Shown here piece after piece: positions 36,269-50,584 of a DNA stretch of 64,000 bases. The notes under the pieces were generated by a model. It was not told where the DNA came from. It ran no database searches and saw only the letters and a program-made list of their open reading frames with translations. Each line of letters begins with the position of its first letter. The first letter of the stretch is position 1. The position numbers and the translations under genes are program-made. This stretch comes from Sphyrna mokarran. Taxonomy: Eukaryota. The stretch covers positions 6,076,001-6,140,000 of the forward strand of contig JAGIQG010000027.1 of NCBI GenBank assembly GCA_024679065.1, read 5' to 3'.

Positions 36269-38884
36269 ATTACTTACTATTTGTGTCTGTATCTGAAATG
36301 CCTTGACTATCATATTGAAAGACACTATATACATTTGAGCTGTTTTGGAAAAGTTTGAAAACTTGGATTAGTCACAAATAAACTTTTGTATGTCATAGTT
36401 TGTGCCGATATACTGAAATGCTCATGTGGTGAATATGAACAAGGTGTTATTAGGGTACAATAGTTTCAGGAGATTTATTTAATTTTGAACATGAACTGAT
36501 AGTACCTGTGTATTATCTTGCTTACTCTTAGCTAAATTTGGCATCACACTTGGGCCCATTGTGGATTCATTGATACAATAAATTGAGGAAAATGTTACTC
36601 ACAAATATTTGCATTTGTAATATCATTGAGGTTTGGTTGTATAAACCTTTTGTTCATTCTGTTCTGTTTGATGCTGTACAGTGTGTTATATTTTTGATAA
36701 TGATCACAGCAAGCTAACCCATTAAGGTCATTTAATGAATATACTTGGTTTTTTTAAAACAACAACAAAGAAGCCATTTGTTTTTAGCACGCACGTATTT
36801 GGTTACAACAAGTATTGCCACCTCCTGAACATCCTGTTGTGTATTGGACAAGGGTTCTAGGACATATTGATAACAAGCAGATGTATTGAAACTGAATGTA
36901 TTTTTAAGAAACAAGTGAATTGCTTTAGGGGTTGTTGCTGTTCATAAGGTTAAGTTAAATTTATATGAGCTGAAACTTTGAAGATGGAGAGGCAGGGGGG
37001 AGAAATATATTTTAGTAGTAAACCAATGTTGTTTCAGTGGTTTTCATGCTGCTTTGTCGTGAATGAACGTTGATCTATTTCCAGAGTATACACACGTATC
37101 AAATGTATCTGTGGAAGAACTTGCTGGGCAGCAGCTAAAGGATCCTTACATTCCTACAGAAACAGCTGTCATCGTTTAGAAATGATGGACCTCTCACATG
37201 ATCTTCTTTGCACAACTGGGAGGAGGGTAGACCGGGGCTGGGGGTGGCTGGAACAGCAAATACTGCCTTGTGATTTCATGAGGTTGGATGAGCAATGCAT
37301 TTGTTGAAGTGCAGCCTGTTGTGCCCAGGCGAGGGAGTCCCATGGAGAGTGTGGTTATATTTTTCAGTCTGTTGCAACTTACAAGCTGTTAATGATGGGA
37401 CTATGAGGATGGAACCCGAGTGAACAGGATGGCACACGTAAGTGAAATTATATTTGAGCATTCTTTCATGACCATTATTGAATAAAAAGTGAAATGCATT
37501 AATTTGTGTGGTTGCTACTTACTGGGTATTGCAGTTAGTACTACAGAGGGGCGTAGAACACAGATAATTAAGAGTTAAATGTGCCTATATTGAGTCAAAT
37601 TGTATCTTTATCTACTGCCCTCCCTCATAGCTAACGATTGTAAAACCAATTTGATGTGAATAATGTGACAGTTTAAAAGAGGCTGAGCTCTGTTTCTTTG
37701 TAGGATATTCCCAGAGGAACAAACCTGCCTATTCTTAACAGCAAGAAGCCCATTAAACTGGTCTGATTTTTGAGTGAAACTTTTCTCTTCTGATTTTTAA
37801 GGCTCAGTTTTCAATGACATTTTAAAAACTCTTGATTTAGTAAGAGTATATCTTGACGATTAATCTCTAGCAGAAAGCACTATTAGGTCAACTAATTGAA
37901 GGCACAGTATCTTCTGTTTACAGCAGACATATGTAATGTCTGCTGTAAACAGTTGAATATTATTGTGAACAATCATTTTATGTTTGAGATGAAAAATTGT
38001 ACGTTTTAGCATGATGGCAACAGACACTAAAATGAAACAGTACGTGGGCATAAGTCCACAAAAACATTTCAGTTGAAATGGATTTGTTGCTAGTAAAGAG
38101 TGAAAACATTAATTGGTCTATTCACAAAAAGTACACAAAAGGTTTGATAAGTTTGACAGTACCTGTGATTTGACACTTCTGTTGGCTTTTGAAAATTGGG
38201 GAGGGGAATGAAGAAGATAAAATATTCCTGCTTGTTTGAATGGACATACACAAGATAGCTTGGGGTTAAAAGGATTAACTCCACACTTTTGTGTATTTAT
38301 TATTCTATATACATATATTTCTCTGATACTATGAATTTTCATTGTGCCATTTACTGCTGCTGACCCAGAATTGGACACTGGCACAATCCTGGGTGCAAGT
38401 CACCAATGTTCTTCCAGAATTGTATGTGAATGGCTAATGGATCTAGGTATTTACTCACAATAAATGCTTATCTGTTTCATTTAAGCAGAATAGAGTGGTA
38501 ATTTAAATTCCTTTACTTTTTCTAATGTTTTATTGACCTGTATACATTGACAGTTTATTTAACAAATGTTATGAATATTGTAAACTTAACTTGGCTTTGT
38601 ATACTTCGTATTCTTAACTTGGAATTTAGTTAAAGTAAGGTGTAGAATTACCTCCACCTGCAATATAATCTTGACAGAAAAGTGTTTTGTTTTGGAGTGA
38701 CAGAAATCTGATGGTGTAATCTTCACAGTTTTTGACCATTTCTTTAAACTTGGTGTACAGTTTTGTGCTGAGTTATTGAAATCTTGATTTACTTGGTTGT
38801 ATTTATTATTCATGTTCAATTATTAAGTTTAAATTGACTAGCTATCATTTGTATTGCATGGTAATATTGCTGATTAAATATCCT

Positions 38885-39295
38885 CATGAGAGCACTTAGA
38901 CCTGTGAGTCAGAATGTTGGGGATTCAAATCCCATTCCAGAACTTGAACACACTTTTTTGGAAGTGTCATCTTTCAGGTGCAATTTTAAACGCAAGCACT
39001 GTCTGCTGTGTAAGATGAAAGTGGAAATCCTAAGGCACTAATATGAGCAAGAACATCCAAGTTCTGCCTGCCATCCTGACCAATATTTATCCATAATTAA
39101 CATTATTAAATCAATTACTTTGTGATATCTCATTGTTATTTGTGGGACCTTGCGCAAAAGTTGGCTGCCGTATTCCCTATATGACAAGAGTGGCTACAGA
39201 CCTTATAAATTGTTTCATTTGCTGAAAAGTGTTTTGGGACACCCTGAGTTTGTCAAAGACCTGATTAGAAATGTAAGCTGTCTTATTTCTTTTGA
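38885..39295 (+). mobile_element. DeuSINE (SacSINE1-like) remnant
   Basis: tRNA-like head with B-box-like 'gattcaaatccc', a central 'cctgaccaatatttatcc...tgttatttgtgggaccttgcg...ttggctgccg' region, and an L2-like tail 'gttttgggac..cctgag..tgtcaaag...agaaatgtaag'. Confidence 0.6.
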
Positions 39296-39729
39296 TTTAA
39301 ATAATTTCAGCTATGTACAATAGCTCAAATCCATTGAGAATTTCATGTTCTAAGCTCAGGTGTGGAGATATTCATTGATGATAGTGTTCAGTAACATACA
39401 CAAGTATTCAAATGCTAAAGCAGTCTGTCTGCATGCAGCAAGATTGGAACAATCTTCAGACTTGGGGTGATAAGTAACAAATAACAATTATAACAGCTAC
39501 CAAAAATGGGAGAGAAAATTGCCCATATACGTCTTGTCTATGGAAAACAGGATGAGTCTAATCTTGGCAATTATTATCCTGTTGGTCTACTTTCAATCAA
39601 AGTGTTCAAAGGTGTCCTGGGTGGTGCTATCAAGTGGTCCTTACTCAGCAATGCTCAGTTAGGGCTCCAGACCTCCTCACATCATTTTTACAATTGTAGA
39701 CAAAATAGCTGAATTTTGGAACTGAGGGC

Positions 39730-41215
39730 TGACAGATTCATGCGTGCTGATGGATTTTATCATAGGTCTTAAGAAGTGGCTGGTGATATAATTGATGCAT
39801 TGGTTTTAATTCCTTGAAAATTCCATAGATTCGGGGAAGGTCCCATTAGATTGTGAAATAATAAATGTAACTCGTTTATTCAAAAAGGGAGGGAGACAGA
39901 AAGCAGGAGACTACCTGCCAGTTAGCTTAACATCTGTCATAGGAAATATGTTAGAAGTTGCTACTAAAGATCTTATAGCAGGGCACTTAGAAAATTTCAA
40001 AGTAATTAGATAGAGTCAATATGGTTTTGAGTGGAAAATCATGTTTAACTAATTTATCAAGATTCTTTGAAAAAGTAACATGTTGTGGATAAAAGGAAAT
40101 GGGTGGATGTGCTCTATTTAGACACTCAGAAGACTTTTGATATGGTGCCACATGAAATCTTATTGTGGAAAATAAAAGCATATGGTGCGGGCATGGATAG
40201 AAGATTGGCTAGCCAACAGAAAACAGAAGGCATAAGTGGGCCATTTCAATTTGGCATGATTTAACTAGTGATGTTCCACAGGAATCAGTGCTGGGGCATC
40301 AGCCTTTTACAACTTACCTTCAATCCCTTTATATAAAGTTGTTGAATTTTTTGATGATGCAAAGATAAGTAGGAAAGTAAATTGTGAAGAAATAAGATGG
40401 CTACAAAAGGATGTCAATAGGTTAAGTGAGTGGGCAAAGATCTGGCGAATGCAGTATAATATGGGAACATGTGAAATTGTCCATTTTAACAGGAAGAATA
40501 AAAAATCATATCTAAATGATGAGATCTTAGAGTCCTGAGTTGCACAGTGATCTAGGTGCCCTCATGCATGAATCACAGAAGGTTGGTAATTAGAAAAGTT
40601 TAAAAAAAAATGTTGACCCTGTCTAAATACTTTGAAATTTTCTGAGCATCTTCTAACATATTCCCTATGAATGCTACTGTTTTTTGCAAAAGGAATTGAA
40701 AACAAGAATAGCAAGGTTGTGATTAACTTACATAGAGCATTGGTGAGACCACACCAGAAATATCCCAGTATTGTTCTCCTTACTTAAACAAATACATAGC
40801 TCAGAGAAGAGCAGACTAGATTAATACCTGGAATGGGACATCTGTTTAATGAGAAAAGTTTGGACAACTAGACTTGTATCTGCTGAAGTTTAGAACAGGT
40901 GACTGGATTGAACATACAAGATGTTGAGGGGCCTTGACGGGGTGGATGTGGAAAGGATATTTCATTTTGTGAGAGAACCTAGAACTAGTGATCAATTTTC
41001 AAATATTTTCAGAGAGAGATGTGTTATTTGCTTTCTGAGGCATGAGAATCTTTGGAAATTTCTTCATCAGAAGGTGGTGGAAGCAGGGTTTTTGAATATT
41101 TTAAGGTACAGGGGCACTGGGAATGTTGAAGTTTTAATCATATCAGCCATAATTTTGTTAAATGACAGAGCAGGCTTGAGAGGTGAGTAGCCTATTTTTG
41201 CTCCTAGTTTATATA
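39730..41215 (+). mobile_element. Old CR1 LINE (RT to 3' end)
   Basis: Decayed VTRLFKKGGRQKAGDYLPVSLTS and 'gttccacaggaatcagtgctgggg', ORF 40921..41190, and a CR1 tail. More CR1 pieces follow at 41240-41615. Confidence 0.85.
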
Positions 41216-41634
41216 TCCTGATGTATATTGATTACCTAGACCTGAATGCACAATGTGTAATAGTTTGTGGATGATACTAAACATGGAAACATGTTAACAA
41301 ACATGTTAACTGTACGGAGTGTATAGTAGCACTTCAAAATGACATAGGTAAGTTGATAGAATGAGAAGCTCAATGCAGAGAAATGCGAAATGATTCATGT
41401 TGGTCAGAAGAACTTAGAGAAATAACATAAAAATATTCAAAGCTCTTCATTTAAGGCAGAGCTAGATATATTCTTGATAAGCAAAGGGATGAGAGGCTAT
41501 CAGGGTAGGTGGAATGTGGAGTTGAAGTTAAAGTCAGATCAGCGATGATCTGATTGAATGGTGGAATGAGCTCCAGGGGCTATGGCCTGCTTCTGCCCCT
41601 AATCTGTAAGGTAGTATGTATGTTTTGTATTTCA

Positions 41635-43090
41635 GAGATGAGGTGGGAGTAACTGCTCCTGACATCAAAGCAGCATATGACTGAATCTGGCATCAAGGAG
41701 CCCGAACAAATCTGGAGTCAATGGGAATTAGGGAAAACACCCAATTGTTGTAATTATAATTGGTGCAAATGAAGATGGTTGCAGTTGTTGGAGGCCAACA
41801 ATCTCACACTTGCAATAAGAGGCCTAGACCCAACCACCATTAGCTACTTCATTAATGGATCTTCCTTCCATCATAAAGTCAGATGGGGGATGTTCATTAA
41901 TGATTGAGCAATGCTCAGTATCATTTAAGTCTCCTCAAACACTGAAGCAGTCAGTGTCCATATGCAGCAAGACCTGGATAAAATTTGGACTTGGGCTGTT
42001 GAGTGCCAAGTGACATTCGCATTGCACAAGTGCTAGGTAATTACCACCTCCATCAAGAGATAATTTAACCATCTCCCCCTTGATGTACAATGGCATTACA
42101 ATTGCTGAATCCCCCACTATCAACATCTTCGAGGTTACCACTAAGTAGAAGCTGAAGTGGCTCAATCTATAAATACTGTGATTATAAGAATTTGAGAGGG
42201 TGGGAATTCTGTGGTGAGAACTCACCTACTGATTTTTCAAAGCTGCCTATCATTTACAGTGCTCAAGTTGGGAGCATGATGGAGTACTCACCACTTGCCT
42301 GGATGAGTGTGCCTCTTAAAAACAATCAAGAAGCTCAGCATCATTTGGGACAAAGTAGCTTGTTTGATTCTGTGTAACACCTTGTATATACACTCCCTCA
42401 ATTACTGTTGCACTGTGTGGGCATGTATCATATACAAGATGCACTACAGCAACTGTTCAAAAGGCTTCTTTGGCAGCACCTCCTGAACTCATGATTTCTA
42501 CCAACTAGAAGGACAAAGGCAGCAGATGGAATCTTCATTACCTGTAAGCTTTCCTCCAATCGTACACCATCCTGACTTGGAACGATGGATAGAATTTTTA
42601 GCACTTGCCATCAGAGAATTGACACTTGTGTTCCTGTGTACTGTGCTCCTGCTGACTCTCAGAAACCCACTGCCATTTAATACTCAGTGTATAGTGTTGA
42701 TTGGTAGAATAGGTCTTCCATCCACCTTTGGAAGGAAATCCCACCTTGGAGAACTGTTGACCAACACTCCCTGCAAGCACAGCGCTGTAATGGCCAGAAA
42801 AAATAATGAAGCTATCTGCCTGGAACTAGTCCTGTGACTGTTCTCGACATAATTATGTGCTACTTTATGCTCCCCAAGGTTGGATGTATGCCCACTTGGG
42901 ACATGTAAAATTTTAACCTATATGTTTGCTCCTTCACTATTGTTGAATCAAAATCCTGGAACACTTGCAGTTAGCCCTGTGGGTATACCTACACCACATG
43001 GACTGTGGTGTTGAATAGGGTGGCTCTCTACCATTTTCTGAGGGCATTTAGGAATAGGCTTTAAGTGGTATGTATGCCAGCTGCACTTGT
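41635..43090 (+). mobile_element. Old CR1-clade LINE 3' half, with a MITE-like insert at ~42585-42920
   Basis: Decayed DIKAAYD.(I)WH and IYSAQVGSMMEYSPLAWMS motifs. Homologous to 50110-52260. Confidence 0.75.
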
Positions 43091-45349
43091 CTCCCAAGAA
43101 TGAATTTTTAAAAATTATTTTGATGATGAATAGCAGTACAAGTTACAACTTTTATCTGAGCATATAATTTTATTATCCAAGTTACTTTGCCGTAGTTCAT
43201 GCTTGATATATGGAGTTGAAGTCTACTATTATTTGTATTATAGATTATGGATTCTGTATCCAGGTTTGATGGTTACCGGTACAATCTGTCATTACTCTGG
43301 ATACGTAGAAAACAGATGACTATATGACTGCTAAATTCAACTCCATATAACTTTGCTTGCTTACACACAGTCACTCTGGTGAGAAATGCATAATCAAAGG
43401 GTAAGGTTTTCCAAGTATTGTCTATAGATGAGATCATCACAAATTAATGAATTCTTTGTTTCAAGTACATTAAATCCAATCATGTGACAGGAGTGTTGCT
43501 GCTGAATGTTAGTTAAGGTAATCCTGGCATTTTGGCTGATATTGAACTCAATGTCTTCTGGTTTAAAAAAAAAAATTTGGTTTGCATTTGGTTTCCAATT
43601 GCAGTTTTGGTTTTTGTTTTCTTAGATATGGAAAGGGTTGGTTTGCCTCTTCAGTTTGCCTCTTTGCATAGGATCTGTCTGAAAAAAATACAAGCTTTTA
43701 AACCACAGATTCTATCACAATAGGCTCTTCAAAATCCCATGGCAAAATGTGTTTGGCACGCGGCTGCAAGTGATGAATCCATCTTTAGAAGGACCAAATA
43801 GCTATAGTTCGACGGATGTGTTTTGCTCTAAAGTCACAGTCACTATTAACACATTGGTAAGTGAATAACATGAAATAGATGAAAAGAATATGAAGTTTGT
43901 TTTACTAATTCAAGTAAATTAGAGTGTAGAATAATATTGGTTAGTAAAGCGATGAAATGTGATCATATGAAATTGTAAAACAGGCTTCAAAACATCTTGA
44001 ACACATCTTGTTCCACCATTTTTAGATGCATCTAGGTCACGCCTGCCATACATAAGCTTATGAGATGCTTACTGTCTGTCAGAAATAGAAATTCTAACCA
44101 AATTTGCTTTTTTTTTGTTTTTCTCCTGCCCAACACAGGATAATGTGTTTAGTTGTTTTATTAAACGAATTCTTGCATCAGTGCAATCAAAGCATCTTGA
44201 TTCTGAGAAGAGGCCATTTAATTGTTTACTGACGGGAAGAAAAGCATATAGTGGCGAAGCAACAAGGGAAGCCTTAAGAGCAAATTACTTATTCAATGAC
44301 TTTGTGGGTTGGGATTGTAGCATTCTATTGGAGAGACCTATGTAGAGAAAAATAAATGTTTTAATTTAACTCATCAGCTTTCCTGCCAGCACATAACAAA
44401 TATGTTCATAATTTAATTTTGACCAAAAATATGCAATAACTTATATCAGAATGTAGCTTTTTGAATATAGTGTCAAGTCTGGTAAAAGTTTTATGTTTCT
44501 GTCTGACAAAATAATTAGTTTGTACCTTCTGAAAGATATCAACTATAATTGCTTTGCAGTTTGTAAGTTATAATTAGTAATTTGTTGAAATAATTTAAAA
44601 AAAAACATGGTAAATGTGATGAACTGCATTTTAAAATTATATTGAATAAATGACACTTTAGAGTTAAAAGTAAAGACTTGCTGCATTCTTAGCTGAAATG
44701 TGTAAATATCTGGTTGGAAAACTTGTTATTGTGGTAAACTTGTTTATTTTAGTACTATTTCAATTTAGCCATTTTTGAGTAGTGTTCTTGGTGGACTCCC
44801 TAACAAAATATTTAATTTTTAATATTTTTTAGGGAGTTTACAATTTGGTAGGTCGGAAGAGATCTTGTAGTTATATGTTAGTCACTTAGAATTATTTACA
44901 ATATGTACATCAAAGCGTACAAGCTTGGAGTTGTCTCCATGCTTGCTGGAATAAATGACTCTGTTGGTTGGTGTGGCTCATGTGCTGCCTTACATCACGG
45001 TGTGGGTGGTGTTGTACTTAATCCCACATTAATCTTATATAGTGTAATCCCTTATACTACAAATATGGGGATTATAAGTTTTTCTCATTGATGCTTTAGA
45101 GAGCAATCTACAAATATCAGTCTTCCATAACAAAAACAAGCAACTTTCTCACTCTAACCCTAAATGTGCATCTGTCCCCTCATGGCCTTACTTAATTCAT
45201 TAAATCCAGGAGACCTGCCTGCAGTTCCCTAAATGTCAAGTGCTTTAAATTGCTGGCCACACAATTTTCCTTCCTGGCATCATGCCAAATGAAATTGTAA
45301 ATGGTTGCCCCTCATAAATTATTGTTTTTTTTTGAAAACAATGTCCCTG

Positions 45350-47405
45350 ATGATAGAACACGACAACACCTGTAACCCTCAATCCCATTAAATCCCATGT
45401 ATTCATCCAGAAGTCTATTAAAAGACCCCAACTAGTTCGTCTCCATCACCACCGACGGCAGCCGATTCCATTCACCCACCACCCTCTGAGTGAAAAACTT
45501 ATTCCTGACATGTCCTCTGTATCTATTCCCCAGTACCTTAAACCTGTGTCCTCTCATAGTGACTATTTCAGCCCTGGGAAATAGCCTCTGAGAATCCACC
45601 CAATCTATACTTCTCAACATCTTATAAACTTCTATCAGGTCACCTCTCATCCTTCATCTCTCCAGGAAGAAAAAACCGAGTTCCCTCAACCTATCCTCAT
45701 AAGACATGCCACCCAATCCAGGCAACATCCTTGTAAATCTCCTCTACATCTTTTCAGTAGCTTCCACATCCTCCTTGTAATGAGGTGACCAGAACTGCGC
45801 ACAGTACTCCAAGTGGGATCTGACAAGGGCCTTATAAAGCTGAAGCATTATCTCCTGACTCCTAAACTCAATCCCTCGATTAATGAAGACTAGTACCCTA
45901 TATGCCACCTTGACCACATCGTCTACCTGCGAGGCTGATTTAAGAGTCCAATAGACCCAGACCCCAAGGTCCTTCTGATCCTCTACACTGCTAAGAGACC
46001 TACCCTTGATATTATACTCCTTTATCCCAATGGACTTGCGAAAATGAACCACTACACATCTATCCATGTTGAAGTCCATGTGCCACTTCTCCGCCCAGTC
46101 TTGCATCCTATCAATGTCTTGCAGCAACCTCTGACATCCCTCCAGACTATCTGCAACACCACCAACCTTTGTATTGTCGGCAAACTTACCACCCCAACTT
46201 TCCACTTCCTCATCCAGGTCGTTCATGAAAATTACAAATAGCAAGGTCCCAGAACAGATCCCTGGAACTAGTGACTGACCACCATGCAGGAAAAGACCCA
46301 TCTATAATCACTCTCTGCCTTCTGCAGGCAAGCCAGTTCTGGATCCAGAAGGCAACAGCCCCTTGCATCCCATACCCTCTCTCTTTCTTAAGAAGTCTTG
46401 CATGGAGTCCTTTTCGAACACCTTGCTGAAGTCCATATAAATCACATCCATCTCTTTTCCTTTGTCAATGTGTTTAATCACATTTTAAAAGAACTCAACC
46501 AGGCTCATAAGGCTCTTGACAAAGCCATGCTGACTACTTTTGATCATACTAAACTTCGCTAAATGTTTATAAATCCTGTCTCTCAGGATCCTCTCTATCA
46601 ACTTACCAACCAGTGAGGTCAGACTCACCGGTTGGTAATTTCCTGGGCTATCCCTGTTCTCTTTCTTGAAAATAGGAACCACATCCGCAATCCTCCGGAA
46701 CCTCTTCCGTCTCCATCGATGACACAAAGATCATTGCCAGAGGCTCTGCAATCTCTTCTCTCACCTCCCACAGTAACCTGGGGTAGATCCCATTCGGTCC
46801 CAGCGACTTATCTATCTTGATGCAATTCAAAAGTTCCAACATATCCTCTTTCTTAATGTCCACATACTCAATCTTTTCAGTCCGTCGCAAACCTGCAGTA
46901 CAACCACCCAGGTCATTTTCCATCATGAATACCGAGGTAAACTATTCATTAAGCACCTCTGTCATTTCTACCGGTTCCGCACAAACGTTTCCCCCTTCAC
47001 CTTTTATGGGTCCTATTTCTTCACATCTCATTCTTTTACTCTTCACATATTTGTAGAACGCCTTGGGGTTCTCCTTAATCTTACCCACCAGGGCCTTCTC
47101 ATGACCCCTTCTGGCTCTCCTAATTTCCATTTTAAACTTTTTCCTACAACCCGTATATTCCTCTTGATCCTCAACATTGCCTAGCTTTCTGAACCTTCTA
47201 TATGCCTTTCTTTTTTTCTGACGAGGTTCATTACAACCTTCGTGCACCATGGTTCCCGTAACCTACCAAAACCACCTGTCTCGTTGGAATATTGTTGTGC
47301 AGAGCTCCAGACAAACATTCCTTGAAAATCTGCCACCTTCCTTCGGTACTTTTCCCCAAGAATACCTCCTTCCAATTTACTCGTCTAATTTCCTGCCTGA
47401 TGTCT
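45350..47405 (-). mobile_element. CR1 LINE (linker plus RT plus 3' end)
   Basis: Minus ORFs 47231.., 46942.., 46648.., 46485.., 45744.. and 45432.. give colinear CR1 ORF2. Same subfamily as 63127-63460. Confidence 0.93.
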
Positions 47406-47419
47406 GTTCTTGAACACCA

Positions 47420-47700
47420 TTCCCCCATCTCAAACCTCTATTTCTTCTCAAGTCCTTGAACATGTTTTCCAGATCTATTCTTCACTGTCTAAATGCTGCC
47501 TCTTGATGGCATAATCCACTTACATTAACTTCCTCATATACAGCAATCAACTATGTTTCTGCATCACGTCCCCTTCTCCCAACACCATTGCCATTTGTGT
47601 TACCCGACTGCTTGTTTGGCATCCAATCTTGAGTGAGCCATAATTTCTTCCAGTTAAAACTGGGAAAACCAAAACCATTGTCTTTACTGTTTGTCCTGTG
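47420..47700 (+). mobile_element. L2 RT remnant
   Basis: 'agccataatttcttccagttaaaactgggaaaaccaaaaccattgtcttt' approximates the L2 motif WMSxNFLQLNxxKTExIVF. Confidence 0.5.
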
Positions 47701-50584
47701 TCCTCTGACCTGTTCTACTTAGGATCTCAGCCACTGTCATGGCTGAACTAGTCTCTTTTTGTGAGGTTGACAACTTTACCCTTCCCTTTGCCTCACCATT
47801 TGCCTGAGGCCTCAGTTACTTTGTTGAACTTTGTTCAAGTTCAGTTACTTGAAATTCCATTGTTAAACTCCATGCATGTCTCCTTTTAGACCCTTGTTAG
47901 AGCCCATCTTTTCATCAACTATGTCGTCATCCCTTTTAATATTTCTTTTATTCCTGCTCCTGTGTGCCTTGGGTGTCTTTTCTGTGTCCAACTTACTATA
48001 TAAACTTGTGGAATTCCATGCATTGCTAATTGAGAAAATAGTTTGAGACCATGAGAAATAGGAACAGGATTAAACTGTTCAGCCTCTCAACACTGCTTCT
48101 CATTCAATAATGGTTGATCTAGCATTTCTCAAATCCAGTTTCCTGCCCATTCCCTGTAGCCCTTGATTCCATTTCCCATTTCCTCCTCCTTCTCAAAAAA
48201 GATAATTTACCAATGATTCACATTAACAGTGTTGGACAGAAGATAATAATTACATCAATTGGCATTTCAGGTTTACAGAAGATGGTTATTGTTATATTGT
48301 TGGATTTTTTTCCAAACGTTATTCATTGGTATCTTAACTATAATTTCTAGTAATGTTTTCCACATTTCACTGTTTGGTTGTCACATTTTTATCTTCTTCT
48401 TTGAAACTTTGGTTTAATTCAAATTATGTTGGCTGACGGTGAAGACAATTTTGCCACGAGCAGATACAGATACCAGCATAGGACTTCCTGCTATTGATGC
48501 AAAAATAATGAGTGAAAACTTCAAGTTTAACATGGGTTATCATTTCATCTAGTTCATCATCAAAACAAAGCAAGATTATATTATCATGGGGCTAATACCT
48601 CATACTTTATATTTTTATAAAATATGGAATTTACCCTCTTGGCTAATTTCTAATATTTTAAAACTGGATAATGACCTTTTTGAATGACTGAAGCAATGTC
48701 TGTGTACATTTTCAAACAATAAGAGCTATTTGGCAGTTACTGAAGAAATTTGCGCCTTGTTATCTCTGAAGAGACCCTAACTACCCTAAGGACTATAGAG
48801 ATTAAATTCAAAGTTGCCACCAGTCTGCCACATTACCATTTACCAAGCAATAGCGCAGAAAAGAGGCTCTGTCGAGGTTTGGATGCCTGACCCCATCTAC
48901 ACAATTTGACTGGAAGTTGTATAATATTAGATACAAGACTGATTAATCTCCATTTGCCTATCTCATCGTGGAATTCAGCTCTACTGGAAAAGTTCAATCT
49001 GCTGACCATTGTGAAAGAGTACGCCATTGAATTTTGATTCTGGACTCTGGACATACATGGAACAATAATTTTCCTTTTCTGTGAATTTAAATCTTTCCTT
49101 TTCTGTCCTGCTCTTTACTGTGAGCGCATACCCTTTCCCTGCAAATAATCTCCTGTCTTGAATTTGCTTTCAGGTTACTTATGGAAAATTGGACCACACC
49201 AAAACTAAAGAGTTGAGAAACATGCTACTGTTTATAAGAAGAGAAGCAAATCAAAACACCTTTCTGTTTATAGATGCGTGGTGAGAGGGTTAACATTTAC
49301 GTTAACCCTCTCCTGTCCGTAACAATATGAAAATCTACCCAGTAAAATATAAATTATCGTTTGAAAATAATTAATTATTAATATTTGACGTTAATTTATA
49401 ATGTATTATCTATTTTAAACATTCAATTGAATGAGGTATGAAATAAACTTCATAGTCCAGAAAAATGAATAAACCTTGTACTTTGTAAACATTCACCACC
49501 TTGCACACGGCAAGTCATTCTTTCATTCCTTCTGTTGTTGCCATTAGGGGGAGTCATTTTGCCATGTAATACAGGGTCTAAATGCAAAGCACCCAGTTTT
49601 GTTGCCAGATCCAAAATATCTTGGTTTCCAAACTTAATGAAAAAGTGTATTTGTATTTGTGTATATTGCATGGATTTGGAAGTGAAAACACCACAAATGC
49701 AGGTTAGAGTCATATACACAGTTAGCATATCAAAATAGAGTTGCTTCAGAAGAGTTATGAGATGAAAGTAGATATGGACCAAAATAAGAGTTATTAGGAT
49801 GGGTGAGACAGGTGGGTATAAGGAAAAGAGAGGAATGGAGGGAGGAATTCCAAAACATTGGGCAGACATCACTAAAGGCATAGCTACCAATTGTGGATGA
49901 AGCAGTGGGATGGGGGCATGGTTGTGCAAATAGGATATTTTCTGTGCAGAAACATTTGCAAAATTTTCCAGGTATGTCTTGCAAAGTGGACAATGTGGGA
50001 TAGATACAATCCAGCCAATGACCATCAGCCCACTCTCTACCACCCCCATAGTTATGGGTGGGATTATTCATTGATGATGGTTGCTGCTTGACAATCAACT
50101 TCTCATTAATTTTGGATTATGCCAGGGTCACTGAGCTCCTGACCTCATTCCAGCCTTGATCCAGGCATAGGCCAAAGAGTTGAACTTTAGAGGTGATTTG
50201 AGAGTGACCGGCTCAAGGCAGGATTTGATGCATTGTGACATCAAGGAGTTCCGGCAAAAGAAATCACTGAATCAAGGGGAAAGTCTCTGCTTGTTTGGGT
50301 TCTACCTAGCACAACGGAAGATCATTGTAGTCATTGAAGGTCAGACATCTGTACTGCAGGATATCATTGCAGGAATTCCTCAGGGGTGTGTCCTAGGCCC
50401 AACCATCTTCAGCTGCTTCCATCATACAGTCAGAAGTGGGAATGTTCGACCTTGGTGGCAAATTGTTCAACACCCTTTCACAACTCCGCTGATACTGAAG
50501 CAATCTGTGTTCATACACAGCAAGATGTGAACAATACTTGGACTTGTGCTGATAAGTGGCAAGTAACATTGATGCTACACAACT

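Noticed and set aside
49450-50049. 199-aa hydrophobic minus-strand ORF
   Set aside because: It overlaps a purine-rich, probably L2-derived remnant. The composition explains the lack of stops, and there is no protein motif.
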